Both the position numbers and the translations under genes were made by a program. A stretch of 63,782 nt of DNA, counting the filler, from Asterionella formosa (taxonomy: Eukaryota): the NCBI GenBank assembly GCA_002256025.1. It is 19 parts of 19 records of this genome, joined end to end, with 100 filler letters (N's around TTAATTAATTAA, not from the genome) between each part and the next. Parts side by side here need not be neighbours in the genome. Positions count along the whole stretch, not along the records: positions 23,595 to 26,861 come from NKIB01014309.1; positions 26,962 to 30,227 come from NKIB01014310.1; positions 30,328 to 33,592 come from NKIB01014311.1; positions 33,693 to 36,955 come from NKIB01014312.1; 15 more parts are not named here. One strand, 5' to 3'. The number at the start of each line of letters is the position of its first letter. Positions within the stretch are counted from its first letter, which is position 1. Shown here piece after piece: positions 24,130 through 35,830 of the stretch. The notes below the pieces were generated by a model. It had not been told where the DNA came from. It did no database searches and was given only the letters and a program-made list of their open reading frames with translations.

Positions 24130-25790
24130 AATCATTCTGGTATATTCGTCTGTAAATAAAAAATATCATGAAAATATGATCAAGGGTATCATATGCTAAG
24201 TGGCACAGGATTTTCAAATATATGATAGTTTTTCGATCAAAAATATTGTCAATGTATCATATAATTATGATCATGCAGTAAACTTTTACCAAGCTTGAAG
24301 TTTGATGAGACTATCATAGTTATAATACCATTGCATCATATAATTAGTTAAACATAGTCATATGATGTGTATACTTTTGTCATACATCTATCTTAGCATG
24401 ATCATAATTCTCATCGATATCACTGTCTAAAATAGGATGAAATCGATCGAAATTTAGAACTATATTTAGCTAAGAATGGTTCTATGATTCTAGTATATCT
24501 TAAGTGGCTACAGAATGTTCTACAATGCTCACATCGCAATGATTACTGGTGCCGCTTTCACTTCCACCTTCCCCCCCCATCCAATTCTGAAGGTTGTTGT
24601 ACTGGTTGCCTTGCCGTTGTTCCCCTGCTTGCTTTGTTCCATTTACTCCTGATGGATCTGAGTTTGCATTCACGCACTATTATTGAATCCGTTTCGTTGT
24701 TCCAATCAGCCATACTAACAAAGAGAAGCAATTCATTGTTAGCCTGTTCATGTTTTGCTTACACAACAAAATTCATGTCGCTTCTATCTGCCTTCACTTA
24801 CCACAAATTGAGGAAGTAACTGATGCATATTTCTGTAGAAGAATGTGTCGGTCGAAGATTGAATGAGAAGCAAAGTATCGATCAATTAATGGGCTCCAAC
24901 ACTGCTGTTTGTAACTTACAATTACTACTGATTGTCTACCATTATCCTAAAAGAAGCAACACATATGTGTCAGTTTTTCTAACAGTTGTGGATTGATCCA
25001 AAGATGGCTGATAGGCAGCACATATTGATTTCTTTTGTCCACAGCCATTGATGGTTGGCCAGTCACCAAATCGAAAAGGAGCTATTGAATCACTGAAAGG
25101 GGACGAGTCATTCCGTAATTGTAATCCCAGAAATTGATCATCTTGGCATTTGCTCTTGACAAACCGTGATGCTATGCACAGCTTGTTGATTCCGCCCTTC
25201 TCTATCATATTCACTCATTCTTATCATGCTGTACTGTCACTTCAGTTTTTCGCATCATGTGTTGCTTGAGATCCTTCATTTGAGGAAGTGGATGCAGCAT
25301 GGCAAGGAACGACATGAAAGGCATTTGCTCTTGACTTACCATCAATTGATTCCGCCCTTCTCTTCTAAGCCGCAAGTATCATTGTGCTGTATTATCACTT
25401 TCGTTTTCGGCGTCATCATCTGTGTTAATCCTTCAATTCAGGAGCAAAGTGTATGCATGACAAGGAACATGAAAACATGATTTCAAATGTTTCAGCCATG
25501 AATACATATGTATAAAGATTTGTAAGAAGTTTAAATGTATATAAAGTTGAACATTTGCATAGTTTGAAACACGCTCATTATACGGCACATCCTGTGTATA
25601 CTTTCATCAATTTTGATTATACATAATTCAAATATATACAATGCATGATGAGTTCATAGTTTTCCACGACCTGTTGAGTTTTTTCAATTTGCGTTGTGTC
25701 AATTCTTGTACCTACAAGTCAGTGGCTGATTAAATTAAGCCCCTTAATAAACGGGAGTCATCACAAATTTTTCAAATTGTCGAAATCATA
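24130..25790 (-). repeat. Dispersed ~1.6-kb AT-rich repeat, homologous in inverted orientation to 51470-52960
   Basis: Collinear shared blocks such as ATGACTCCCG.TTATT.A.GGGCTTAATT, TGTAGGTACAAGAATTGA, CATGCATTGTATATATTTGAATTAT, CTTGCGGCTTAGAAG and ATGATACCC.TGATC. Confidence 0.7.
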
Positions 25791-26961
25791 CATTTATGTA
25801 TAAAGACATAATGGCCAAAATTCATATGGCCTACCGGTAGTACTGTATAATTGCTGGTAATTACTTCCATCATGGAAATACCACAATAGTGCAGAGAAAA
25901 ACTGAATATGCTCATGTGTTTAGGATCATTTGATCATATTTCTAAGATCAATTGATCCTGATCCTTGAAAATAAATGTTGATCATTCATTTTCTCATCAT
26001 CGAGACCGTTCATCATATGATCAATATGTTACAATCAAAGTTATAGGATAAATGAATCTAAATTCATTGATTAAAGATCATAGTTTATACCATAGTATTT
26101 GATGCTCATGCATGCAACCCCTTCCCCCCCTGTGTACAGTCCGGAAGTGATAACCCCCAAGCTACCAAATTTTTATGTCTTGTAAGAATTATCGCAGCAT
26201 GCATGCATACATGGTGACTCCTACTGGTATATACAATGCGGAAATGATGACCACCAGACTACCAATCCTATAGGTCCTGTAAAATTATCGCAATATGGCT
26301 GCATATCTAATGAAAGGGCGGGAGGAGTCATCCATGCACCTGTATAGTATGAAATATGGAAATGATCAAATGTAGCTAGTCTACACAAGGAGCAGTGTAT
26401 CAGCATATATGCCCTGCTGTTGATTTTTTACTTTTGTGCACCCTCTCTTGTTGTGTTTGTACTTGACTTGGCAGCTGTCAGCCAAGCAAGAGCAGCCATG
26501 GTATTCCACCATTTATTGTCTATACAAGTTTCAAATGCATTCAGCTATGAAATCTTTAGCTCCCCCCTCCTCCTAAACACTATCTCACCACCCTTGTCGT
26601 AGATTTTTCTTCATCCTTTGGCTTCACAGGCCCAGTTTACTACTCAACGCCTTCATCTGCAAGGAGTTCAGCCAAGCAGGTCCACGTTGGCGTCAAGAAA
26701 ACCTCAACCCCGATTTTCCTCACATGCTCCACCCATTGACTTCTTCATTGATGAAGTCGAGGTAGCTATATTGACGACATCAGGTGGCGCAGGCTTGTGT
26801 ATAGCTAGATTGATGATGCTGAAAGCATTGCTTCCTTTTCCCGTAGGTACCTATTTGTCAANNNNNNNNNNNNNNNNNNNNNNNNNNNNNNNNNNNNNNN
26901 NNNNNTTAATTAATTAANNNNNNNNNNNNNNNNNNNNNNNNNNNNNNNNNNNNNNNNNNNN

Positions 26962-27246
26962 GGGGCCACCAGAAACGGAGGGATTGATTTCTGGAATGAG
27001 AGAGTATTCTCGAATAGTAAGTGAATCAAAGGACACGGACTTTTTCAAAAGAGATTGTTTTGGTTTTGCTGTCAGACAGGAGCGCGTACGAGGAGGAGGA
27101 GGAGCGGATGTCAGAGACCTAACCAGTTCGGATACTTCAATTTTAGAATCTAACGAAGACGTTATCGTTGCTGCTTTATCATGTCGACGCAGTTGAGGCA
27201 GAGAGAGGCTCCGGCGGTCAGAGTTGATCAAGGTAACTGGCATCAT
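26962..27246 (-). CDS. Diatom-type hypothetical protein with KxVSF...IREY...NPSVSxGP motif (N-terminal part)
   Basis: LKKSVSFDSLTIREYSLIPEINPSVSGGP; contains an RVxF-type motif; acaATG start; runs into the linker. Confidence 0.7.
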
Positions 27247-27355
27247 TGTGAAACAAATGTATCGGAAGAGGGAATCAGAGTTAGGTTCTATTCAGTTGTG
27301 CAACATGTAGTTAATGATTGGAAGGTAACATGAACAATGATTGGTATGAAATCAT

Positions 27356-28437
27356 TGTTCATTCGCATGTTTTGATTTCTCGGGTGGTACCTGGTACCTG
27401 GTACTAATACCACGTCAGACATCTACATATAGAAAGTGGTATGACATCTTTGTTCATTCGCATTTCCGATTTCTCGAGTACCGCTACCAGGTCAGACAAA
27501 AACATTAGCAAAAGTGGTATGACATCCCGCAGCATACAAAATTACGTATCTTAGATCATGAATCTATGTAGAGCCGAAGTACATAGGGCGGACACATTTA
27601 CGTAAATAATGAATGATTACGAGTACCGGTGAAAGAAGTATTGAAAATCTGATGTGCTTCATGTTACCCTGGTACCAGTACCAGTACTGCTTCGAAGATA
27701 TATGCACATGCATTTCTCTTCATCATACGTAAGTCAATCCTATGTCCAATGTACATAGCTTACCTTCCGGTCTAATGAACGAACAAAAATTTCACGACCA
27801 AAGCCGTCAATGTTCCGTTGTTCGAAGGGAACATATGAAAAAGAAATGAATAAACTGCTCTTCTGTTTTGTAACCTGGTACAACATGGTACCAAGGGACA
27901 GGTAACTTGTACGCCGTGATCCCTTAGGTAAATTGATAAGAATGGTGAGTAAACTACTCCTTGCTATTGATATCAGCTAAAGAAATATGTAAATGCTACG
28001 TTGCCGGCATTTGCATTTTGGAAATGAGAACACAAACAAATTTATTCGAATCATCATCATGACGAGTGATTATGTCATACTAAATACAAGTGCAAAATGT
28101 AGATACCGGTAGTCCACTTCTAAACAAATGACAATGATCAATATACGTACCGGTAGCATGCATGGTAGGTAATAATTCCAGGTCGTGTACCTGGTTCTCT
28201 TGGATGCATTAAAAGTAGTGAGTAAATTCATGTACTACCTGGTACATACAATGTATTTATTTCAGCTAAAGAAATACCGAGATGCAATTGCTTCATTGGC
28301 GGCATTTGCAAGAAAAATTATGTCATAGATACAAGTCCAAAAGGTAGACTACTTCCAGATAATGATCATCATATGTAGTAAACATACAAGGTACCAGGTA
28401 ATGGTTCCAGGTTGTGTACCTGGTACCTGTTTCTCTT
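27356..28437 (+). repeat. Two pairs of diverged local direct duplications (~95-bp and ~270-bp periods)
   Basis: TTGTTCATTCGCAT...AAAGTGGTATGACATC at 27356 and 27451. GTGAGTAAA...TCAGCTAAAGAAATA...GGCATTTGCA...TTCCAGGT.GTGTACCTGG at ~27945 and ~28218. Confidence 0.75.
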
Positions 28438-28438
28438 A

Positions 28439-30227
28439 GGGCCATTCTTATCATTCTGTCATTAGTCGTCATTGGTGTTTCATCTCTGCAATATGATACA
28501 AAAATGGCGGTTTGGTTTTTTGGTGTATCACCAACAGTTTTTTTGATCTGATCACCGGTCTATCATGGGTGTATCACTGATAAAGTTTTTTGACCCCTGA
28601 TCAATGCTGTATCAGTAATACAGCTGTTGATTGCTGTGTATCCTGTCCATTGTTGTCACCCATAAAATAACTGTAAATATTCAAACACAACACTAATAAA
28701 TATTGCATCAACTAATTTTTTTTGTTAGATATCTGCTCTGTATACACTACCTTTCAGCTTTGTCCTCAGTCAAACAAGAATCAGTAGTCCACTCATCTCT
28801 ATACCTGTCTTCCAACATCAACTACGATATCTCGATTAATTGGCGCAATGAGCAGCAAAGTAGTGGTTATAGCTGAAACTGCTACCAATATTCCTATTTT
28901 GGTGAATAATCAATGCCATGTAGCTGATGATGAAGACATCGAAAATATTGTTGAGTCATCTACTGCTGTTCCAGCCAATATTGATGAGATGGGTCCACCT
29001 GAAAAGAGGAAACCTTCAACTGCTGGAACACTCAACATCGACAAGATGGGTCTTGTTGAAAAGAAAACACCTCTAAATGCTGATACAGTTGACATTGACA
29101 AGCTAGGTCCGCCTGAAAAGAGGAAACCTCAACAGGGCTCAGCCCTGTTGGAGGTTTCAATAATGATGAATCTTTTATTGAAGATGAAGAAAAGAGTCAT
29201 GCTGGTAATGTTGATATGGACTCTGATTCACAGAGAGAAAACCCAGATGAAGTATACAAAGACACTAACTTTGTTCTTAATTCGAATACTAGCAGTGATG
29301 AAGATGATAGAATCATTTCCTCTTCCTTCTCCTGTTGCAAAGAAGGCAACAAAAAAGAAAAATGCTGTACTTACAAAAACAATTCCTCATAGCAGTTTCA
29401 CTTGTGACAACGCATATTTTCGTGTCATCAATGTGTACATGTCTGAGCAACACAGAAGTGATGTGTTGATGCTTGGTCAGCCTCCAACTATGGCCGGACT
29501 GGATACAAGAAAATTCAGCAGGCACAAATACATTTTCGATAGACTCAACTACATTCCTTGATGATGACAATGATGACAGCAATGTTTGTGCTTCTTCACA
29601 GATCCTTGTTGGAAACAAATGGGAATATGCAGTTGTTACCCAAAGACTTATGATGCTCTGTCCTCTGTCGAATCTTCTATGGCATTGGGGTACTTTAATT
29701 CTCATAACCACATTGCTTACAAGAACAACAAAAAACAGGAAGTCATGATGACTTTATTAACTTTGTTGGAAGCCAAACGTATAAATAACACTACCATTTA
29801 TGGTTTTGCCAAGTTCCTCACTTCTCAATTTTGCCATTCCATTGCTTCCAACATCATCTTTCCGTGAAAGTACTGATAGTGCGAAATCGTCGTTGTTATC
29901 ATCAAAGACTGTTGGCTCAAAAAAAAATGTACATCTCCTTCATCCGAAAAATTCCTTGTCTATGCTACAAATGGCAAATGCATTAGTGTTTTGAACGAGC
30001 AAATGCAGTCAAACTTAAAGTGCTTCAGTCTTCAGCAGCACCAAGATGCGAAAAAGAGATCCTAGATGTTCTTGATTGCCATAAATTCGTCTCAGGATTG
30101 AGTATCCAACCTTTCGTATGCGATCGGAAATCCCAGAAGTGGCGGTCGAAGTTTCCCTGCAGCCATGGAGGAACTACAAGACAGACGGATGCATCTTGTT
30201 TAGTGATATTTTGACGCCATTGCCAGG
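28439..30227 (+). mobile_element. Degenerate Harbinger-like element: left end and frameshifted accessory ORF
   Basis: TTA|GGGCC start. Broken ORF from 28848 containing YFRVINVYMSE...PTMAGLD, which recalls the FRLxNVxF...TxxELD motif of stramenopile Harbinger accessory proteins. Confidence 0.4.
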
Positions 30228-30483
30228 NNNNNNNNNNNNNNNNNNNNNNNNNNNNNNNNNNNNNNNNNNNNTTAATTAATTAANNNNNNNNNNNNNNNNN
30301 NNNNNNNNNNNNNNNNNNNNNNNNNNNTACCGGTAAGTGTGAGTTCTTCATGTGATGTGTACAACCGTAAAACTTTGATCTCAGATGGATGACATTAGAC
30401 ACCACAAATATCCTTACTATTTCATTAAGTAAAATGCGTGTTGCGAATGTATTAGCCTCAAGAGCAGGATCTTAGTTGAACTT

Positions 30484-30881
30484 TCAAATGAATTATTTGA
30501 AACATCAACTAATTCAGTCTCGCGTTCAAAATTCATTGTGAAAACTTCACATGAAACAGTTAAAACTTCACATGAAACCGTTAAAAGTAACCTTTTTACG
30601 TGAAGAGTGGCATTAATGCATGTGAAGTACCACATAATTAACACTCGTACGTAAACGAAATTTCGAAAAGTCAAATGAATTATTTGAAACATCAACTAAT
30701 TCAGTCTCGCGTTCAAAATTCATTGTGAAAACTTCACATGAAACAGTTAAAACTTCACATGAAACCGTTAAAAGTAATCTTTTTTACGTGAAGAGTGGCA
30801 TTTATGCATGTGAAGTACCACATAATTAACACTCATACGTAGACGAAATTTCGAAAAGTGGCGTATTTCGCGTCTTAGATG
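30484..30881 (+). mobile_element. DNA-element end with a 187-bp tandem duplication and 21-bp subrepeats
   Basis: Units start at 30484 and 30671, each containing AAAACTTCACATGAAAC.GTT twice. The end TTCGAAAAGTGGCGTATTTCGCGTCTTAGATG is shared with 44800-44833. Confidence 0.6.
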
Positions 30882-30979
30882 AAGGGTGCTGGCCCCTGCC
30901 GGGTTCCGTTCCATCTGGCTACCGTCCCCATCGGATGATGAGCTTTCAACCGAAGAGTCAAAGTTTTGCTGTGCTGTGA
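30882..30979 (-). mobile_element. Second partial copy of the adjacent LINE ORF 3' region
   Basis: 98 bp nearly identical to 32146-32243 (TAQQNxDSSVxSSSSxGDGSQMERNPAGA). Confidence 0.85.
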
Positions 30980-31469
30980 GCGTTTCTGGCAGAATCTCCA
31001 GTCTCCTGCACAAATTCAGCTGTCCCAATTTCTTGGTTCAGCCCCCGAGGAGCTGCAGGTGGAACGACACTCCGTCGATTCCTATAATTTGTCGAAGCAC
31101 GTGTTTGTTTTGGCACTTTTTTGGTCTCCCTTTGCCCGGAACCGCATCTCGACCTGCCAGGCTTAGAGAGAGGTCCCGCAAGTAGTCATGATAGTGAATA
31201 CTCAGGTGGGAGTGGGGTAGGAGACAGAACTCCAGTGCATGCCACCCATAGCATCAAGAATCCTATCCCCTCTCCGTTGTTCGGTGGGGGAGGTAGTGGC
31301 AATCACTTCACTGTTGAGCACCAAACAGTACTAAGTTGTGTTGTTACTTGCCATTTCCCTCCCAGGGCCGGGTTCCTTTTCTTCCCTCTTTTTTATTTTA
31401 TTTTTTAACTTATTTTTTCAATTTTTATTTTTTTTTTCCTATTTTTTTATAACTCTTTTCGCACCCATT

Positions 31470-31490
31470 GTTAGGGTTAGGGTTAGGGTT
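31470..31490 (+). repeat. Telomere-type repeat (TTAGGG)3
   Basis: GTTAGGGTTAGGGTTAGGGTT, next to a ~85-nt T-rich tract. Confidence 0.8.
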
Positions 31491-31741
31491 GCATTTGTAC
31501 CCAATCTTCTTCGCCCCAGGCTAGGCTTCCACCTAGTTTAACCACATTTCGGTGAGAAAGTTGATGAACCACATTTCCGGTGGCTTGGCGCCCCAGGCAC
31601 CCACCTAGTTTTGCCACATTTTGGTGAGATAGTTTAACCACGTGAGGAGAGGGGGGCCAAGTTGAAGTATGGCAAGGCACACATTGGCAACATCCGTGCC
31701 TCCTTCCACAGGCCTACTGATGGCATATCCACTGCCCTCCA

Positions 31742-33592
31742 TTTTTTTTTGGCTGTTCCAAGGCGCCAGGAGAAAACCTATCCGGCCGCTTTGCCCGCCT
31801 GCCCCATCGATGTGGGGTGCTTGGGGGGCATCATGGGAGGATTCGAACTCCTCCCACCAGTTCATGTGTTCAGGAATGTTTTTGAGGCACCCCGTCATCC
31901 AATCATGTCCCAGTGTCCGGTGAGGCACCCCGCCCCTCTCACCTGGGCGAGGTAGTGTGAGACTTTCACTCACTAAAAACCTGTGTGCAGCCCCAGTCTT
32001 GACCAGTACGCGGTCTGCCCTACCCGTCGGGGCGTTGGCCCGTGGAGGTGTGTGGGACCCCGTCAAATGCCTCACTTGCGTAAGACCCCCAACGGGACCT
32101 GATTATGTTAGCACGAAGGCTAACAACGCTCATCAGGAACCTGGCAAGGGTGGTGGCCCCTGCCGGGTTCCGTTCCATCTGGCTACCGTCCCCATTGGAT
32201 GATGAGCTGTCAACCGAAGAGTCACAGTTTTGCTGTGCTGTGACTCCGGTTGGTTCACCCATCATCCATCCATGTACCCAGCGGTTGTCACAACTCCCTC
32301 CGAGGAGCCATGCCAACCGTTGTTGGTCAAAACCGAGGGCGAAATTCGGCCCTAACGTCCGAACTTTCGCGATCAATTCTGCCATGTGTGGCTCGGTACG
32401 TAGACCACGCCACCGACCACACGTGAACACTAAGTGTTCCAGCGTTTCTGGTTCATCCATACCACAGAATGGACACTTCCTCAAATACCTATGAGGCATT
32501 CGCTTCCACCCCACCAAGGTGGGGACAGTTACAAATGCCCCAATCCGACACCGAACTATCAAAGCCAGTCCTGCTTGGTCTTTGGGACTGCCCCCCACAC
32601 GTGACCGTGTGAGTGGATGCTTGTCAAATCCGGCTCCCTCATACCACACTGTGCGGGCCCCCGACGGACGAGTCAAGTTCCGTCGGATCCCACACTCTCT
32701 CTCCAAAATGCATGCTTTCACTACCTCAGCCAGTACCTTTGGTTCCAGGCTCTGCCATCCAGCACCCAAGTACCTCTCCACAATAGACACCGGTGCATGG
32801 GGGAGCGCATAGCGTTTCAGCCAGCGCGGAACCCCCGAGCACCATGTCCATTTCTGACTTCGGAATGGTCTTAGGACCAATTCCTGAAGCCAGGTTTTGA
32901 GACCCGAGGCCTTGGCATAAGCTCTGGCCCGTCGGGCACCCGCCAAGGCACACATTGGCAACATCCGTGCCTCCTTCCAAAGGCCTACTGATGGCACATC
33001 CCCTGCCCTCCTGGCTCCAATGCTAGCCCTAAGGCATCGGTTCAGAAGAACCTGCATTTTGTCCGTAAGGTGACGGTTCATACCATACAGCTCAGCCCCA
33101 AAAAGGAGGCGGGGGGCAACTACTCCTGCAACAGTCAGCAAACGCATGGCCATTGGTACCACCGGGCACCGTAGAAACGGTACCAAGGTGGCAACTGTGG
33201 CCCGCCCTTGCTTGACTCTATGGTCCACCATAGACGAGATAGACAGACCTGGTGTCATGAGGACACCCAGATACATATATCTGTCCACAACAGGGAGTGG
33301 AAGTCCCTCCAGTTCCAGTCCGGCCACATCTTGTCCAGGGACAAGCGGTTCGGTGGCCGGGTCTGGGTCTGGCGGTAGGAATTCCATCAGCCCACACTTC
33401 CCTATGCCCACACTCATCTCGTTAGCTGTAACCCAGTTGGTAACGTGCGTACAGAACCGTTTGGCCGCCTCCAGGGAGGGGCAGATTCCGGCCGCATCAT
33501 CAGCAAAAAGGGTACATCCCACTGTCAGTGTGGGTGTGGAGTTCCGCCATGTGCGACTGTCCCCAGTTGGTACCAGGGCACCGCTCTCCTCC
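31742..33592 (-). mobile_element. Non-LTR retrotransposon 3' part: RT C-terminus, CCHC zinc finger, 3' UTR and A9 tail
   Basis: ORF open from the contig edge to the stop at 32020, with LFADD, YMYLGV, FGAELYG and CPFC-x8-H-x4-C (CPFCGMDEPETLEHLVFTC). A9 at 31742-31750. GC-rich. Confidence 0.9.
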
Positions 33593-33692
33593 NNNNNNNN
33601 NNNNNNNNNNNNNNNNNNNNNNNNNNNNNNNNNNNNTTAATTAATTAANNNNNNNNNNNNNNNNNNNNNNNNNNNNNNNNNNNNNNNNNNNN

Positions 33693-35830
33693 TCAGACGT
33701 GAGGTACTCAGGTGCTCCGTAATCACGAATGAATTGTCGGAGCGCCAAACCCGCGCCAGACTTCTTCTCCATCGGGTACGCTTTTACGAAATACGCTTCA
33801 TTTGCAAAGATTTGAGCACATGTGTTGTTAGTCAGTGATTTACATTTCCCGAAAATGGTGTCAGTGTAGAACCGTTGGTTCCGTAACTTCCGCTGGCCAT
33901 ACATCCTATCTGTTCGGTACCGCCTGCTCAATGGGAGTATTGCTGACCGAATGCCCTTCTGAGTGGTGACCTCTAGGGTCTGTTTCGCTTGAGTCAATCC
34001 GATATTCCACCTTTCGCTGAGTGTCTCATAATTCACTTGAGCATGCCGGTCTGACGAAACAAAAGTCCTGGTGGCCGGTACGTCCACTTGGGTTGATTTA
34101 AGGTATCGAACATCTCGTAGAGCCTCTGCCATCTCCTTAAAGCAGTAGATGGACGATATTTGGGACAAGAAAGGCTCGACGCCGATCATGTCCTCCGCCT
34201 CCACAGATTGTATGAGGGAAAGGTTGACAGTCTGTGGATTCCATTCGGTGTCGCAGGTTAAATGAATGTGAGTACAAGTATCAAGTTCACGCTGGGTGGG
34301 AGTGGTAGTCTCCAAGAAGATGTTTGTTCCGCTGATCTGCAGCGGAATATCGATTTCCGTTGTCGAGATTAACTGCGGTGCCGCTTTATCAAAAGGATTG
34401 TTGTTGACAACCACCCCGGAAAATCGCAATTGGTTAAGGTTGAGGAGGCTGTGTTCAAGCTTGTCGCCAAAATAAAGTCCCTCATTGATAATTAAAATGA
34501 AAGTCTCTCCGCTTTGTTGGCAAGTAAATGCTGTTGCTCCGCAAACAATAGAGATGTCTCGTTCTGGTTCGTAAGCACCTGCGTTGTATGGAATGACATC
34601 GCAGGCACGTCCTGTAAAGTAATGAGGTACAAAATTACAGCCAAGAGCACAGGTGTCAGCGTGTGAGTCAAGTTCACATTTTGCAGCGGGCTGGGTTAGT
34701 TGTGTAAGTGCAGATATAGATAATTGGTGAGGCGGGAGCGGCTTCTGATGAGAAGAACGATATGCCGCTATCTCAAGTCGATCGCTTTTGCTTCGTTTTG
34801 CGCTTTCATGCCCACCAAAAGAATTACCGGCGTTTGACTTCTTCGTTGTTTCCGACTTGTCGTCATCACATGTTCCGGAGTCGCTAACTGCTACTGCCTT
34901 GATAGAACTGATGATGGGGAAAGCAAGTTGCTTTGTTGTCATCTCGGAAATGGTACGCTTTGATCCGCCTTGCTCTCCTTTCTTGTCGCGTTCCTTTCGG
35001 ACTCGATCACGCTCCTCATATGAAAGCTTTTCCCATTCTGTTGTTGAGTAGTAAGTGGTTTTCTGTGGAGTGGTTCCGCGCCCGCCGCGACCTTCGCGAC
35101 TCTGGAAGCCACGACCGTCGCCGTGGCCTCCGCCACGATGTCCGCCACGGCCGGTTGTGTTTGTTGCGTTAATTCGTCTGGATAGCTGATAATCAGGCGT
35201 CTGTGACACCTCAGAGTTTAAATGGTTCGCTGCGATGGTAAAGGTAATACCGGTTGTATTGAGCTGGTATCTGAGTTGGGCGACTGCGGCAGATAAGCCG
35301 GAGCACTGCACTTTGGACAATAGCTCGTCTACTTTTGCTCTTTCGGACAAAGGCTCGTTCTCTTCTTCGAAGATCATGAACATACGTTGTAGTGAATCCA
35401 AGAACTTGTTAAAAGGTCACAAACGCTCTGTCTTGTAGTGGAGGGACAATTGAATCTTCTTGGCGTCAGCAATCCTACGTGTGGAATTTCCTTCGCCAGC
35501 ATAGTGCCGCCTCAACGCGACCATGTCCCTACGACCGTCCTGATAACGAGAGATGGAACGAATCCAATTTTCTGTCTGTTCGCCCTGTAGAAAACCAAGT
35601 AACAGTGTATGCACACGTCTCGCATCCACAATGTAATACTGACCGTTAAGTGGGGCACGATGGATCATGCGCTTGTTGAATGAGCCATAATCGGCCTCAG
35701 CTTTGGGATCCTCCGCTTCTCATACCACATAATACAACGGTATACCGCTAACGCCGGGAATGACAGCCAAGTAGTTGATAAAGGCCTTTTCCCACTCAGG
35801 CCACTTCCTCTCATCTTTGAATTTTCCCAG
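33693..35830 (-). mobile_element. Diatom CoDi-type Copia gag-protease-integrase (partial)
   Basis: GKFKDERKWPEWE, GIPLYYVV, DGRRDMVALRRHYAGEGN, RGG-rich segment, protease ELDSHADTC, LSERWNIGLTQAKQTLEVTTQKGIR, integrase FYTDT. Two in-frame TGA codons (35720-35722, 35417-35419). Confidence 0.9.

Noticed and set aside
31100..31376. Possible HDV-like ribozyme next to the LINE
   Set aside because: Stems exist (GGGAGG..TGGCAA with TTGCCA..CCTCCC), but I could not build the nested double pseudoknot.
35417..35419. Programmed stop readthrough in Copia gag
   Set aside because: A second TGA lies upstream and the stop is in mid-gag; simple decay is more likely.
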